A stretch of 64,000 nucleotides of DNA from Macrostomum lignano. Its lineage: Eukaryota. The stretch lies in NCBI GenBank assembly GCA_002269645.1, contig NIVC01000284.1, forward strand, positions 248,001 through 312,000, given 5' to 3'. Shown piece after piece: positions 36,617-48,597 of this stretch (positions are counted from its first letter, which is position 1; every line of letters begins with the position of its first letter). The position numbers and the translations under genes are program-made. The notes below the pieces were generated by a model that saw only the letters and a list, made by a program, of their open reading frames with translations, did no database searches and was not told the origin of the DNA.

Positions 36617-37400
36617 CTGCAGCAGAGCCCTGTGCCTCTCCCAGCTGCTGGTGAGGATGTGATTCTGCAGAGGATCAATGTCCAAGGCGTCAGTGCCGCA
36701 GACGTGCGGGCCGAAGTACACCCAGAGGCTGTGGCCTCGCCTGTCGTCCCAGATCTGCACGGTGTTGTCCCAGCCGCCTGACAGGAACACGTGACCATAG
36801 TCTGCCGGCATCTGCCTGCCCAGCGGGTGGTAGAGCAGCGCGCAGACTCGATTCCTGTGACCATCGACTCGGTTGACCGAATAGCTCGACTGGCACACGT
36901 TGATGAGGTTGTGCCGGCGGAATTCGTACACTCGAATCTCTCCGCCGACTCCGCCAACAACGAAACGCTGAGAGTCCGGCGAACAGGCCAGGCAGAGCAA
37001 CTGCTGGTTCTCAGACTCCTTGGCTTTGCCGCCGCGTTGTCGGGACTTTTCCGACTGCTGCTGGGGGTGCGACTCGCCCTCCTGCGGTAGAGCTTCAACT
37101 TGCAGCGTCCATAGCAACGGATTAGCAACGCCTGTGTAGTGCCACAGGCGAACTTGTCCTGTGGCGTAGCAGGCTAGGATCAGATGCTGGCGCTCGGTCT
37201 TCTGCGAGCTGGGATCGGGCGGAACGAAGACCAGTCCAGTGACCGTCTCGTTCTCCTTCCTCTCCGGTGGGTCCAACGAATAGACCAGAGTGCAGCTTTC
37301 TGTTGTAAAGAACTGGATTTTGCCAGAGCTGAGGCCCACAGCCCATAGGGCTTTGTCGTGCGACAGACGGACTACCATGCATTCTTCGTCTGGGAACTCG
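36617..37400 (-). CDS. WD40-repeat protein exon 2 (left copy)
   Basis: Acceptor gattttcag and donor CAG|gtaagc; 784 nt; WD signature GHRNRVCALLYHP...FLSGGWDNTVQIWD. Confidence 0.88.
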
Positions 37401-37474
37401 CTGAAAATCAGGGAATATGAGGAGTAGAGCAGTATAGCTACTACAAAGGATTGGTCATATTGTTATCTTCTGAA

Positions 37475-38348
37475 TCTAGGGCAGTGTTATCTAGGGTTGC
37501 ATATGTTCTATGGCTGTGTTATCTAGGGCAGTGTTATCTAGGGTTGCGTATATTCTATGGCTGTGTTATCTAGGGTTGTGTATATTCTATGGCTGTATTA
37601 TCTAGGGCTGTGTTATCCATTGATGTTATCTAGGGTTGTGTTATCTAGGGTTGTTGTTATCTAGGGCTGCGTATATTCTATGGCTGTGTTATCCAGGGCT
37701 CTGTTATCTAGGCTGTTATCCAGGGCTATGTTATCTAGGGCTGTGTTTTCTAGGGTTGCGCATATTCTATGGCTGTGTTATCCAGGGCTGTGTTATCTAG
37801 GGCTGTGTTTTCTAGGGTTGCGCATATTCTATGGCTGTGTTATCCAGGGCTGTGTTATCTAGGGCTGTGTTATCTAGGGCTGTGTTATCTAGGGCTGTAT
37901 TATCTAGAGCTTTTTTATCTAGGGCTGTGTTATCTAGGGCTGTGTTATTTAGGGCTGCGTTATCTAGTGCTGTATTATCTAGCGCTGCGTTATCTAGGGC
38001 TGCGTTATCTAGGGCTGCGTTATCTAGGGCTGTGTTATCTAGGGCTGTGTTATCTAGGGTTGTTGTTATCTAGGGCTGCGTATATTCTATGGCTGTGTTA
38101 TCCAGGGCTACGTTATCTAGGCTGTTATCCAGGGCTATGTTATCTAGGGCTGTGTTTTCTAGTGTTGCGCATATTCTATCGCTGTGTTATCCAGGGCTGT
38201 GTTATCTAGGGCTGTGTTATCTAGGGCTGTGTTATCTAGGGCTGTATTATCTAGAGCTTTTTTATCTAGGGCTGTGTTATCTAGGGCTGTGTTATTTAGG
38301 GCTGCGTTATCTAGTGCTGTATTATCTAGCGCTGCGTTATCTAGGGCT
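37475..38348. repeat. 15-bp minisatellite (GGGCTGTGTTATCTA)n; full-length counterpart at 41692-43150
   Basis: Period 15; this copy is truncated by the duplication junction. Confidence 0.96.
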
Positions 38349-38931
38349 AGATAGATAGCTGTGTGTCTCAGTGAGATAAACACTGAGACACACAGTGAGA
38401 TATACATTGAGACACACAGTGAGATATACATTGAGACACACAGTGAGATAAACACTGAGACACACAGTGAGATAAATATTAAGACACACAGTGAGATAAA
38501 CATTGAGACACACAGTGAGATAAACATTGAGACACACAGTGAGATAAACATTGAGACACACAGTGAGATAAACATTGAGACACACAGTGAGATAAACATT
38601 GAGACACACAGTGAGATAAACACTGAGACACACAGTGAGATAAACATTGAGACACACAGTGAGATAAAAATTGAGACACAGTGAGATAAACATTGAGACA
38701 CAGTGAGATGAACATTGAGACACAGTGAGATAAACATTGAGACACAGTTAGATGAACATTGAGACACAGTGAGATAAACATTGAGACACAGTGAGATAAA
38801 CATTGAGACACAGTGAGATAAACATTGAGACACACAGTGAGATAAACACTGAGACACACAGTGAGATAAATATTAAGACACAGTGAGTCATACCAAGACT
38901 CAAACAAAGATTAACTAATGCATAATCTCAC

Positions 38932-39153
38932 ATTAAGCGTGCCTCTGTCGACAATTTTGAGCAGGTTTGCATTGCTCCCCGCGAACAGCATGTACTGATC
39001 GCCCAGCCACTGGGCCACATAGCCCATGGACGGTGCGGTCAGCGGGTCCTGTTGAAGTTCACCCAGCGGACGGCCTTTCAGCATGTCCTCTTGGACGCCA
39101 AGCTCGTCCAGGTCAACGCGGCCTCTGGCGGCTTCGTCTTGAAATTTCCATAC
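38932..39153 (-). CDS. WD40-repeat protein exon 3 (right copy)
   Basis: Identical to 34715-34936, splice sites intact. Confidence 0.85.
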
Positions 39154-40833
39154 CTGGTAAAGATTGTATATTGGATCATGGAGGTCACGCTTGGGTCATG
39201 GAGTAGGTCACGCTTGGGTCATGGAGTAAGTCACGCTTGGGTCATGGAGTAGGTCACGCTTGGGTCATGGAGTAAGTCACGCTTGGGTCATGGAGTAGGT
39301 CACGCTTGGGTCAAGGAGTAGGTCACGCTTGGGTCATGGAGTAGGTCACGCTTGGGTCATGGAGTAGGTCACGCTTGGGTCATGGAATAGGTCACGCTTG
39401 GGTCATGGAGTAAGTAATGCTTGGGTCATGGATTAGGTCACGCTTGGGTCATGGAGTAGGTCACGCTTGGGTCATGGAGTAGGTCACGCTTGGGTCATGG
39501 AGTAAGTAATGCTTGGGTCATGGATTAGGTCACGCTTGGGTCGTGGAGTAGGTCACGCTTGGGTCATTGAGTAGGTCATTACATGTGCTTAAGTCAGATG
39601 AGTTTATACACAATAACACACAGACCGGCTATCAAGTACTAAAGATGAAAAATATTGTCACAAAAAATTCAGAATGAAACCAAAATGTCTTCTCAACTAT
39701 CAAGAACAGACTAAACCAAAAATGTAGAAAGATTCAATCATAAAACCCCAAATCTACCGAATAGGGTAATAAATGTGAGTACAGTTTTGGCAAAATGTGT
39801 TTTTTACCGCTAATTTTATCACACTTGTTATCTGTGCACTGCTAATCGCGCTGTGAGTCACAACACCTTTTTGTGGAAGGCTATGCAGTGTCAGTCAGTC
39901 AGTTAAAGTTGCACATTTTATAACAAGATTGACAAGCTTCAAATACCACTGAGGAAATGACGATCTCAGAGGTAAATTTTTGATGCACATTTTCAATGTC
40001 AAGGACGTTGAACTTTATCGATAAACATTGTTTCACACGTTGTGTAGCATTTTTCAAAAATTACTTTACTTCTATTTTTATTAATTGCAATCAGTGAGCA
40101 GGATTCGGAGAATGCAGGGTCAGAGAATGCAGGGTCAGAGAATGCAGGGTCAGAGAATGCAGGGTCAGAGAATGCAGGGTCAGAGAATGCAGGGTCAGAG
40201 AATGCAGGGTCAGAGAATGCAGGGTCAGAGAATGCAGGGTCACAGAATGCAGGGTCAGAGAATGCAGGGTCAGAGAATGCAGGGTCAGAGAATGCAGGGT
40301 CAGAGAATGCAGGGTCAGAGAATGCAGGGTCAGAGAATGCAGGGTCAGAGATGAATGCAGGGTCAGAAAATGCAGAGTCAGAGAATGCAGGGTCAGAGAA
40401 TGCAGGGTCAGAGAATGCGGGGTCAGAGAATGCAGGGTAAGAGAATGCAGGGTAAGAGAATGCAGGGTCAGAGAATGCAGGGTAAGAGAATGCAGGGTCA
40501 GAGAATGCAGGGTCAGAGAATGCAGGGTCAGAGAATGCAGGGTCAGAGAATGCAGGGTCAGAGATGAATGCAGGGTCAGAGAATGCAGGGTCAGAGAATG
40601 CAGGGTCAGAGAATGCAGGGTAAGAGAATGCAGGGTCAGAGAATGCAGGGTAAGAGAATGCAGGGTCAGAGAATGCAGGGTCAGAGATGAATGCAGGGTC
40701 AGAGAATGCAGAGTCAGAGAATGCAGGGTCAGAGAATGCAGGGTCAGAGAATGCAGGGTCAGAGAATGCAGGGTCAGAGAATGCAGGGTCAGAGAATGCA
40801 GGGTCAGAGATCCAAATGCATTCCACAGCTTAC

Positions 40834-41617
40834 CTGCAGCAGAGCCCTGTGCCTCTCCCAGCTGCTGGTGAGGATGTGATTCTGCAGAGGATCAATGTCC
40901 AAGGCGTCAGTGCCGCAGACGTGCGGGCCGAAGTACACCCAGAGGCTGTGGCCTCGCCTGTCGTCCCAGATCTGCACGGTGTTGTCCCAGCCGCCTGACA
41001 GGAACACGTGACCATAGTCTGCCGGCATCTGCCTGCCCAGCGGGTGGTAGAGCAGCGCGCAGACTCGATTCCTGTGACCATCGACTCGGTTGACCGAATA
41101 GCTCGACTGGCACACGTTGATGAGGTTGTGCCGGCGGAATTCGTACACTCGAATCTCTCCGCCGACTCCGCCAACAACGAAACGCTGAGAGTCCGGCGAA
41201 CAGGCCAGGCAGAGCAACTGCTGGTTCTCAGACTCCTTGGCTTTGCCGCCGCGTTGTCGGGACTTTTCCGACTGCTGCTGGGGGTGCGACTCGCCCTCCT
41301 GCGGTAGAGCTTCAACTTGCAGCGTCCATAGCAACGGATTAGCAACGCCTGTGTAGTGCCACAGGCGAACTTGTCCTGTGGCGTAGCAGGCTAGGATCAG
41401 ATGCTGGCGCTCGGTCTTCTGCGAGCTGGGATCGGGCGGAACGAAGACCAGTCCAGTGACCGTCTCGTTCTCCTTCCTCTCCGGTGGGTCCAACGAATAG
41501 ACCAGAGTGCAGCTTTCTGTTGTAAAGAACTGGATTTTGCCAGAGCTGAGGCCCACAGCCCATAGGGCTTTGTCGTGCGACAGACGGACTACCATGCATT
41601 CTTCGTCTGGGAACTCG
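40834..41617 (-). CDS. WD40-repeat protein exon 2 (right copy)
   Basis: Identical to 36617-37400; joins exon 1 in frame (GT+C = Val, then EFPDEECMVVR). Confidence 0.88.
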
Positions 41618-41691
41618 CTGAAAATCAGGGAATATGAGGAGTAGAGCAGTATAGCTACTACAAAGGATTGGTCATATTGTTATCTTCTGAA

Positions 41692-43150
41692 TCTAGGGCA
41701 GTGTTATCTAGGGTTGCATATGTTCTATGGCTGTGTTATCTAGGGCAGTGTTATCTAGGGTTGCGTATATTCTATGGCTGTGTTATCTAGGGTTGTGTAT
41801 ATTCTATGGCTGTATTATCTAGGGCTGTGTTATCCATTGATGTTATCTAGGGTTGTGTTATCTAGGGTTGTTGTTATCTAGGGCTGCGTATATTCTATGG
41901 CTGTGTTATCCAGGGCTCTGTTATCTAGGCTGTTATCCAGGGCTATGTTATCTAGGGCTGTGTTTTCTAGGGTTGCGCATATTCTATGGCTGTGTTATCC
42001 AGGGCTGTGTTATCTAGGGCTGTGTTTTCTAGGGTTGCGCATATTCTATGGCTGTGTTATCCAGGGCTGTGTTATCTAGGGCTGTGTTATCTAGGGCTGT
42101 GTTATCTAGGGCTGTATTATCTAGAGCTTTTTTATCTAGGGCTGTGTTATCTAGGGCTGTGTTATTTAGGGCTGCGTTATCTAGTGCTGTATTATCTAGC
42201 GCTGCGTTATCTAGGGCTGCGTTATCTAGGGCTGCGTTATCTAGGGCTGTGTTATCTAGGGCTGTGTTATCTAGGGTTGTTGTTATCTAGGGCTGCGTAT
42301 ATTCTATGGCTGTGTTATCCAGGGCTACGTTATCTAGGCTGTTATCCAGGGCTATGTTATCTAGGGCTGTGTTTTCTAGTGTTGCGCATATTCTATCGCT
42401 GTGTTATCCAGGGCTGTGTTATCTAGGGCTGTGTTATCTAGGGCTGTGTTATCTAGGGCTGTATTATCTAGAGCTTTTTTATCTAGGGCTGTGTTATCTA
42501 GGGCTGTGTTATTTAGGGCTGCGTTATCTAGTGCTGTATTATCTAGCGCTGCGTTATCTAGGGCTGCGTTATCTAGGGCTGCGTTATCTAGGGCTGTGTT
42601 ATCTAGGGCTGTGTTATCTAGGGCTGCGTTATCTAGGGCTGTGTTATCTAGCGCTGCGTTATCTAGGGCTGTGTTATCTAGGGCTGTGTTATCCATTGAT
42701 GTTATCTAGGGTTGTGTTATCTAGGGTTGTGTTATCTAGGGTTGTTGTTATCTAAGGCTGCGTATATTCTATGGCTGTGTTATCCAGGGCTATGTTATCT
42801 AGGGCTGTGTTATCTAGGGCTGTGTTATCTAGGGCTGTATTATCTAGAGCTGTGTTATCTAGGGCTGTGTTATCTAGGGCTGTGTTATTTAGGGCTGCGT
42901 TATCTAGGGCTGTGTTATCTAGCGCTGCGTTATCTAGGGCTGCGTTATCTAGGGCTGTGTTATCTAGGGCTGTGTTATCTAGGGCTGCGTTATCTAGGGC
43001 TGTGTTATCTAGCGCAGCGTTATCTAGCGCTGTGTTATCTAGCGCTGCGTTATCTAGGGTTGTGTTATCTTGGGCTGTGTTATCTAGGGCCGTGTTATCT
43101 AGGGCTGTGTTATCTGGGGCTTTGTTATCTAGGGCTGTGTTAGCTAGGGC
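41692..43150. repeat. 15-bp minisatellite (GGGCTGTGTTATCTA)n filling most of WD40 intron 1
   Basis: Period 15 with interspersed ATATTCTATGGC variants. Confidence 0.97.
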
Positions 43151-43248
43151 TATTTTTGTTTCTTTGAATAAATTTTCTAATCTGTCATCAACTATGCGTA
43201 TTCACTGACTTTCTAAATGCATTTAAATATCTTTAAAAGCTAACTCAC

Positions 43249-43409
43249 ACAACGCTGTTTAAAGTCAGACTACCGATGACGCTTATCTCTGTCATAACTC
43301 GAGCGCTAAGGCTATCAGCCGAGGTCGCCATCGACGTTTTGCGACCGACGCTCGAAGATGGAGCGCCGCGGGCGCTGTCGGCGGCGTACACGGAGCCCGC
43401 TGTAGACAT
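43249..43409 (-). CDS. WD40-repeat protein exon 1
   Basis: ATG at 43409; MSTAGSVYAADS...GSLTLNSV; 161 nt ending GT|gtgagt (phase 2), matching the exon 2 acceptor phase. Confidence 0.8.
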
Positions 43410-46400
43410 GCTAAAGTGCCCGATTGTGAGATGTCGAAAAAATGAAAAAAAAAACGAATTTGTTGGCTTCAAACTATTTGGTAGTTTTGAAAAAGATCGA
43501 GACTAAACGCGGCGAGAAAAGGGAAGGCGGAGGTGGAGGAAGGGAGGAGCGGAGCAAGAGAGGAGCGGAGAAACGGAGAGCAAGAAGGAAAAAAACAGTA
43601 AACGAACTAAGGTAGATTGGAGATGAATGCGTAAAAGTCCGCCAGAGGAAAGAATATAGTGAAGTCTTTATATAATCTGGGAAAATGATAGACAGAAAGG
43701 GATAGTAAGATAGTCGTGTTAAATAGAGAAGCTGTGGAACGTTTTAAACGTTTTCTATTCAACATTGATTTTAAAACCCTAATGTCACATGCCTAGTTTG
43801 TCTGTCTCAAGTAGGTCAGCAGGGACCAATCATTGACTACATTGCATGGGCACACTATAGAAGAACTAAATCAATAATGAGATTAAAATAAAGTTGCAGC
43901 AAAGTGCACTGATTCCAGCTCAGCGCTTTAATCTTTATACATTATTCATTAACTGTGTCACTAGTTTCAATCAATCAATTTTGGTGCTGAGCTCACGAGT
44001 AAGACGTCTAGACAAGCAAGACGTTCGTTTGATTGCCGTTTAGTGGCAAATACCATCTCGCATTTTACTGTTTAAGTGTAAATTCCTTGGCACGAGGTAT
44101 AGAAATGAAAAATAGCTATACCTAAATAAAAACAAAACATCAGCCACCTTTACAGTGATTCTGATTTGTGACTCAAATCCTTCAATTTACCTGTTTAAAG
44201 TATTTGTTTTAAAAAACTGCCTTTTAATTAACAATAATTAGATTAGGAATAGCATCGCTTTATTAATTACAATTAATAATGATTAATGCTTTGAATTAAT
44301 TTTCATCAAATGAAATAGATAGGTTGTTTTTCAAAAAGCAATGCGTACTTTTCTAATTTTGCAGACTGACGACTGCAAAATAAATTTGTTCGAAAAAGAA
44401 GTTAATAATAGGCCTAATACGCTGTAGCAAACGTCTGCCCGTGGTTTTTGCGTCTGAGATACTGTCGTACTGATACTACGTCGTCTAATATTAATAATGA
44501 AATGTTGACATAAAAAATGCACTATCGCTCTGCTATTGCTGCCAGAGAATTACGCTGTTTTAACTTACCCAGTAAAATACTTTGCCTCTGCTTGCTGCTT
44601 CTTGATAATTTTATCGGATGAACTATACAATTTTCTACGAGTTATATAAGCAAATAGTAAAAGCACGAAATACGATGATAAAAATTCCACGGTTTAAAGA
44701 AACTAAAAATGTACGATCTCCAGAATAAAGCAACGTGCACAGTAAAACAAACTTTGCAATACTGCACAATAGCATATGTTTTAAATGCATCCAGCTAGAT
44801 TTTATAGAAACTAAAAAACACTGAAAAGACTTACGAGATAGATATAATAATATTACCTAGGGTAGGCCTAAGTTTTTTTCAGCATGCACCAGCAGCAACC
44901 AGCAGTTACCTCACAGGCACAGCCTCACACTGTGATCTCTAATTGATAGATTTATGATTTATCGTCATGATCAATTACAATAAGCGTTACGTGCATTTAT
45001 CATGTCGATGTAAATTGAGGAGCATTTTTAATTTCGAACTTAATTGTGTTTGTTTGTATTTAAATAATTGAAGCTCGTGACAAATTTGTTTGCATTTCAA
45101 CAGTAGTCAGACCATCAGCCCACTGACTGATTGCAGATTGTTATGTAATGTTTGGCTAGGTGACTAGATCCCATAATGCATGCTTCTGAAATGATAAGTA
45201 AGGCATGATAATAATGTGATTAAGACTAGTTATACTGATACTGACAGTTTGATTTGATTGATAGTTCTGATTGAGATAAAATGAAATAAAAATGGTTCAA
45301 AGAATTAAGGGATAAGCCTAGGCCTATTTATTAATTTATTAATTTTTTACACTAAGAAATATTGGCCTAGGCTTTGGTTGGATGCTCAAGACTCAAGGCC
45401 TAGGTCCTATGCCAGTATGCCCTAGTTGTAGGGGTACATGACCAAGATGGCCTAGGCCATAGCTCTAAATGTCTAAATTGATAATGATAACAAAAATAGT
45501 AAACAGATAATGCTTGTATTATGTTTTATTATTTCTACCATTTTTTTAAAAAGGGATTCTTCAGAGGATCATCAAAATTGGATATATATTAAGAATGTTC
45601 CTATAACCAAAAAAGTTATATATCAGAGATGTCTAACTTTCTATTAGATTTGTATCTACTATCTTTGCTGTGGGTTGGTCTTATACCATTATAGGTAAGC
45701 CTATTATTTTTAAAGTAAGGCCTAGATCTAGTAAAGCTAAAGGCAAATTAGATTTCAATAATTATTTGAAAGTTTGTTTGTATAAATAATATATATAATA
45801 CAATGAGCCTAGACTTTTAAAGAGTTTTAGGGCCTATCTATAATTAGTATATCTATTTCAATGTTAGGCTTGCTCTAATAGCAAGCCAAGTTGATTTTAT
45901 ATATATTCTTGCCTTGCCTCTTAGCATGCATGTAGCCTTTAAGTCAAGGCCATAGATATACTTACTATATTATCATCAATACCAGTAATAATGAGGGATC
46001 TAGGATTTTTTAAGTCTAACTTTTTGGATAGGCTTAAAATAGGCCTAAAATTATAATAAAGCCCTAGGAGCTTATCTTCTTTATATGCAAGTCTAGCCAT
46101 AGCAAAAAAGGAAGTGGCTATCCCTCCCACTTGTGGCCCTCCCATGCCTCATTTGGATTTTCTACTATTATGTAAAGTAAATTACTAAACTAAATAGGCT
46201 CCTTTTAGGCTTAGTCTAAATTTGGTCAATTAGATATAACTTGCACAATTTTTAAGGCCTAATAATATATATAAATGAACTAGCTTTGATTAAGTTATTC
46301 AAATTAGATTTCGTACTAATCAAAGTTTTTTTATTTAAAATTTTAATAATTGTTGAAAGTTTTAAATATAAATAATCATATTAGTAAATATAAATATATG

Positions 46401-46689
46401 TATATATATATAAATACAGGGCCCTATATATTTAAGGTATAAAAGGAGTACCTCTCTATGTATAATTATATATATATATATAATATAATATTCAATATGA
46501 GTATTTTAAGTTATTTTGTATTCAAAAAGTAAATATATCTTAGAAGGCCAAACCAAGTAGCCATAGCCCCTGTCAAAATATTGGTTTGCTTGATTGCTTT
46601 TATTTTCCCTTCTTTGGTACCCTTTCTATTGATTGCCCCCTCTATAGCTAGCACCCCTTGGTATTTAGCACCCCTTTTGTAGCTTGCAC

Positions 46690-47075
46690 CCTCTATATTT
46701 GGCACCCCTCTGTAGCTGGCACCCCTCTATAGCTGGCACCCTTCTGTATCTGGCGCCTTTCTATATCTTGCACCCCTCTGTATCTGGCACCCCTCTGTAG
46801 CTGGCACCCCTCTGTATCTGGCACCCCTCTGTAGCTGGCACCCCTCTGTATCTGACACCCCTCTGTATCTGGCACCCCTCTGAATCTGGTACCCCTCTGT
46901 AGCTGGCACCCCTCTATAGCTGGCACCCCTCTGTATCTGGCACCCCTCTGTAGCTGGCACCCCTCTGTATCTGACACCCCTCTGTATCTGGCACCCCTCT
47001 GAATCTGGTACCCCTCTGTAGCTGGCACCCCTCTATAGCTGGCACCCCTCTGTAGCTGGCGCCTCCTCTGTAGCA
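46690..47075. repeat. 17-bp minisatellite (GCTGGCACCCCTCTGTA)n just upstream of the caspase
   Basis: Period 17; GGCACCCC core resembles the GGCGCCCC arrays. Confidence 0.94.
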
Positions 47076-47211
47076 GGCATTAAAATTAAGTTTATTATGT
47101 TTTTGCTTTGCTTTGTTGAGCTTAAATATTAAATATCAAGCTAATGAATCTACAAAAACTCAACCAAAATTTATTTTACTGTTATTGCAATTAAAACCAG
47201 CATATTTCCCA

Positions 47212-48597
47212 ATGCCTGATCCTCAAGGAAACAAGATTAGACCATTTCTGGCATTCCTATCTCTGAAGGATATCAAGGACATTGTTTTCCTATTAGCAGT
47301 TGAGCCAAGCTGCAAGACTTTGTTGGAGATTCGAAGCAGTGAACAGCTACTGGCAGCTGTGCAGCGCTGGTATGGCAGATCGGCTGCTCCTGGTGTGCTC
47401 TATGAGGCAGTGCTGGCGGCTAACATACCCTTGCTTGCTAGTTGCATTCTAAACACACTGCCAGAAGTAAAAGAGTCACAAAAACGAATTAAACCACTAC
47501 GAAGTCTGCTATTCAACATTGCCGTCCAGTTCCCTGATGGAGATGTGCCCAGACTGTGCAAACTGCTGCAGCAGAAGCTGACAGACACAGGAAAATTGAT
47601 TGAGACTGATGCTCTGGATTTGATGATGCAATTAATCGAGGAAAAAGTTGTCACTGATGATAATGTAAAAGCTCTCCTTTTTCTTGGCGATATGTCGCCA
47701 AACGTGAACAGCTTAATCCAGGGATACTCCCAGAGATTTGCTAGTGTTACAGTGGCTCCAACTGCTTTTGCTCCTGCTGCTGTTACTGCCATTGACCCAT
47801 CTTCTACGGCTCATATAGGGGAAAGTCCATCAGCGCATTACAATGCACTATCACAGATTGGCGAGTATCCTATGGCTGATTCTGTATGCGCCGTCATCAA
47901 TGTGCACCGTATTCCCGGTAGGGAGGTTCGTGTCGGCTCGGAGAAGGATGTTCAGCGGTTGAAAGAGTTGTTTCAAAATAGTTTTCGGTACCACTTCTGC
48001 TGCCGAATCGATCCGGATGTTCAAGAAGTAAAAAAAATTCTTAAACTTATCAAAGAGATGATGGAGGCAAATAAAAAATTTAGCTGCCTAGTTGTTTTCG
48101 TTATGTCACACGGCATTGAGGACTGCATTGAACTCGCCGACGGACAAAAGTTGAAGTATTGGGATGACATCGTTCTGCCCTTCCTTGACGGTTGCATGCG
48201 CGACCGACCGAAGATCTTTTTCTTCCAATGCTGCAGAGGCGACTTACTTCAACAGGCTGTTACTAGTGCGCCGCGGGAAGTCTATGCGGACGGTCCGGCG
48301 CCCCGCGAGAGTCCCCCTACTAGTCAGCAGGATAACTGCGATCTGTACGTGTGCCATGCCACCTTCCAGGGTTTTGCCGCTATCCGAGTGGGGGACAGTG
48401 GCTCTTGGTTTATACAAACAATGTGCGACGTTCTTGAGCGGCCCATTCGCATGGATTTGGAATGTCTGCGAATGATTGTGACGAATGAGCTGAAGAATAA
48501 GCGTGCCAATTATGCTGGCAATATTGTCAATCAGACACCTGTAGTTGAAAAGAACACACTGACTAAACACCTTCGTCTTCGGCCTGAGAATGTGTAG
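47212..48597 (+). CDS. Caspase-8/10-like initiator caspase, 461 aa, single coding exon, tandem death-fold (probably DED) prodomain
   Basis: Catalytic VMSHG (His codon 48109) and FFQCCRG (48226-48240); S1 arginines in RVGSEKD and AIR..SGSWFIQ; linker VYADG; N-terminal ~175 aa has two helical death-fold-like units (RSLLFNIA, LDLMMQLIEEKVVTDDNV). ATG at 47212; the track start at 47113 is TTG. Confidence 0.9.
   Translation: MPDPQGNKIRPFLAFLSLKDIKDIVFLLAVEPSCKTLLEIRSSEQLLAAVQRWYGRSAAPGVLYEAVLAANIPLLASCILNTLPEVKESQKRIKPLRSLLFNIAVQFPDGDVPRLCKLLQQKLTDTGKLIETDALDLMMQLIEEKVVTDDNVKALLFLGDMSPNVNSLIQGYSQRFASVTVAPTAFAPAAVTAIDPSSTAHIGESPSAHYNALSQIGEYPMADSVCAVINVHRIPGREVRVGSEKDVQRLKELFQNSFRYHFCCRIDPDVQEVKKILKLIKEMMEANKKFSCLVVFVMSHGIEDCIELADGQKLKYWDDIVLPFLDGCMRDRPKIFFFQCCRGDLLQQAVTSAPREVYADGPAPRESPPTSQQDNCDLYVCHATFQGFAAIRVGDSGSWFIQTMCDVLERPIRMDLECLRMIVTNELKNKRANYAGNIVNQTPVVEKNTLTKHLRLRPENV

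Larger units (their letters stand above)
34152..42565. repeat. Apparently exact tandem duplication, period 4217 bp (34152-38348 and 38369-42565) with a 20-bp junction insert
   Basis: Every ORF between 34.2 and 38.3 kb recurs with identical translation 4217 bp later; spot-checked unique sequence and variant repeat units are identical. Confidence 0.97.

Noticed and set aside
44366-44400. Second hammerhead-like string CTGACGA...CGAAA
   Set aside because: Stem II closing pair is wrong, there is no NUH triplet, and stem I cannot form.
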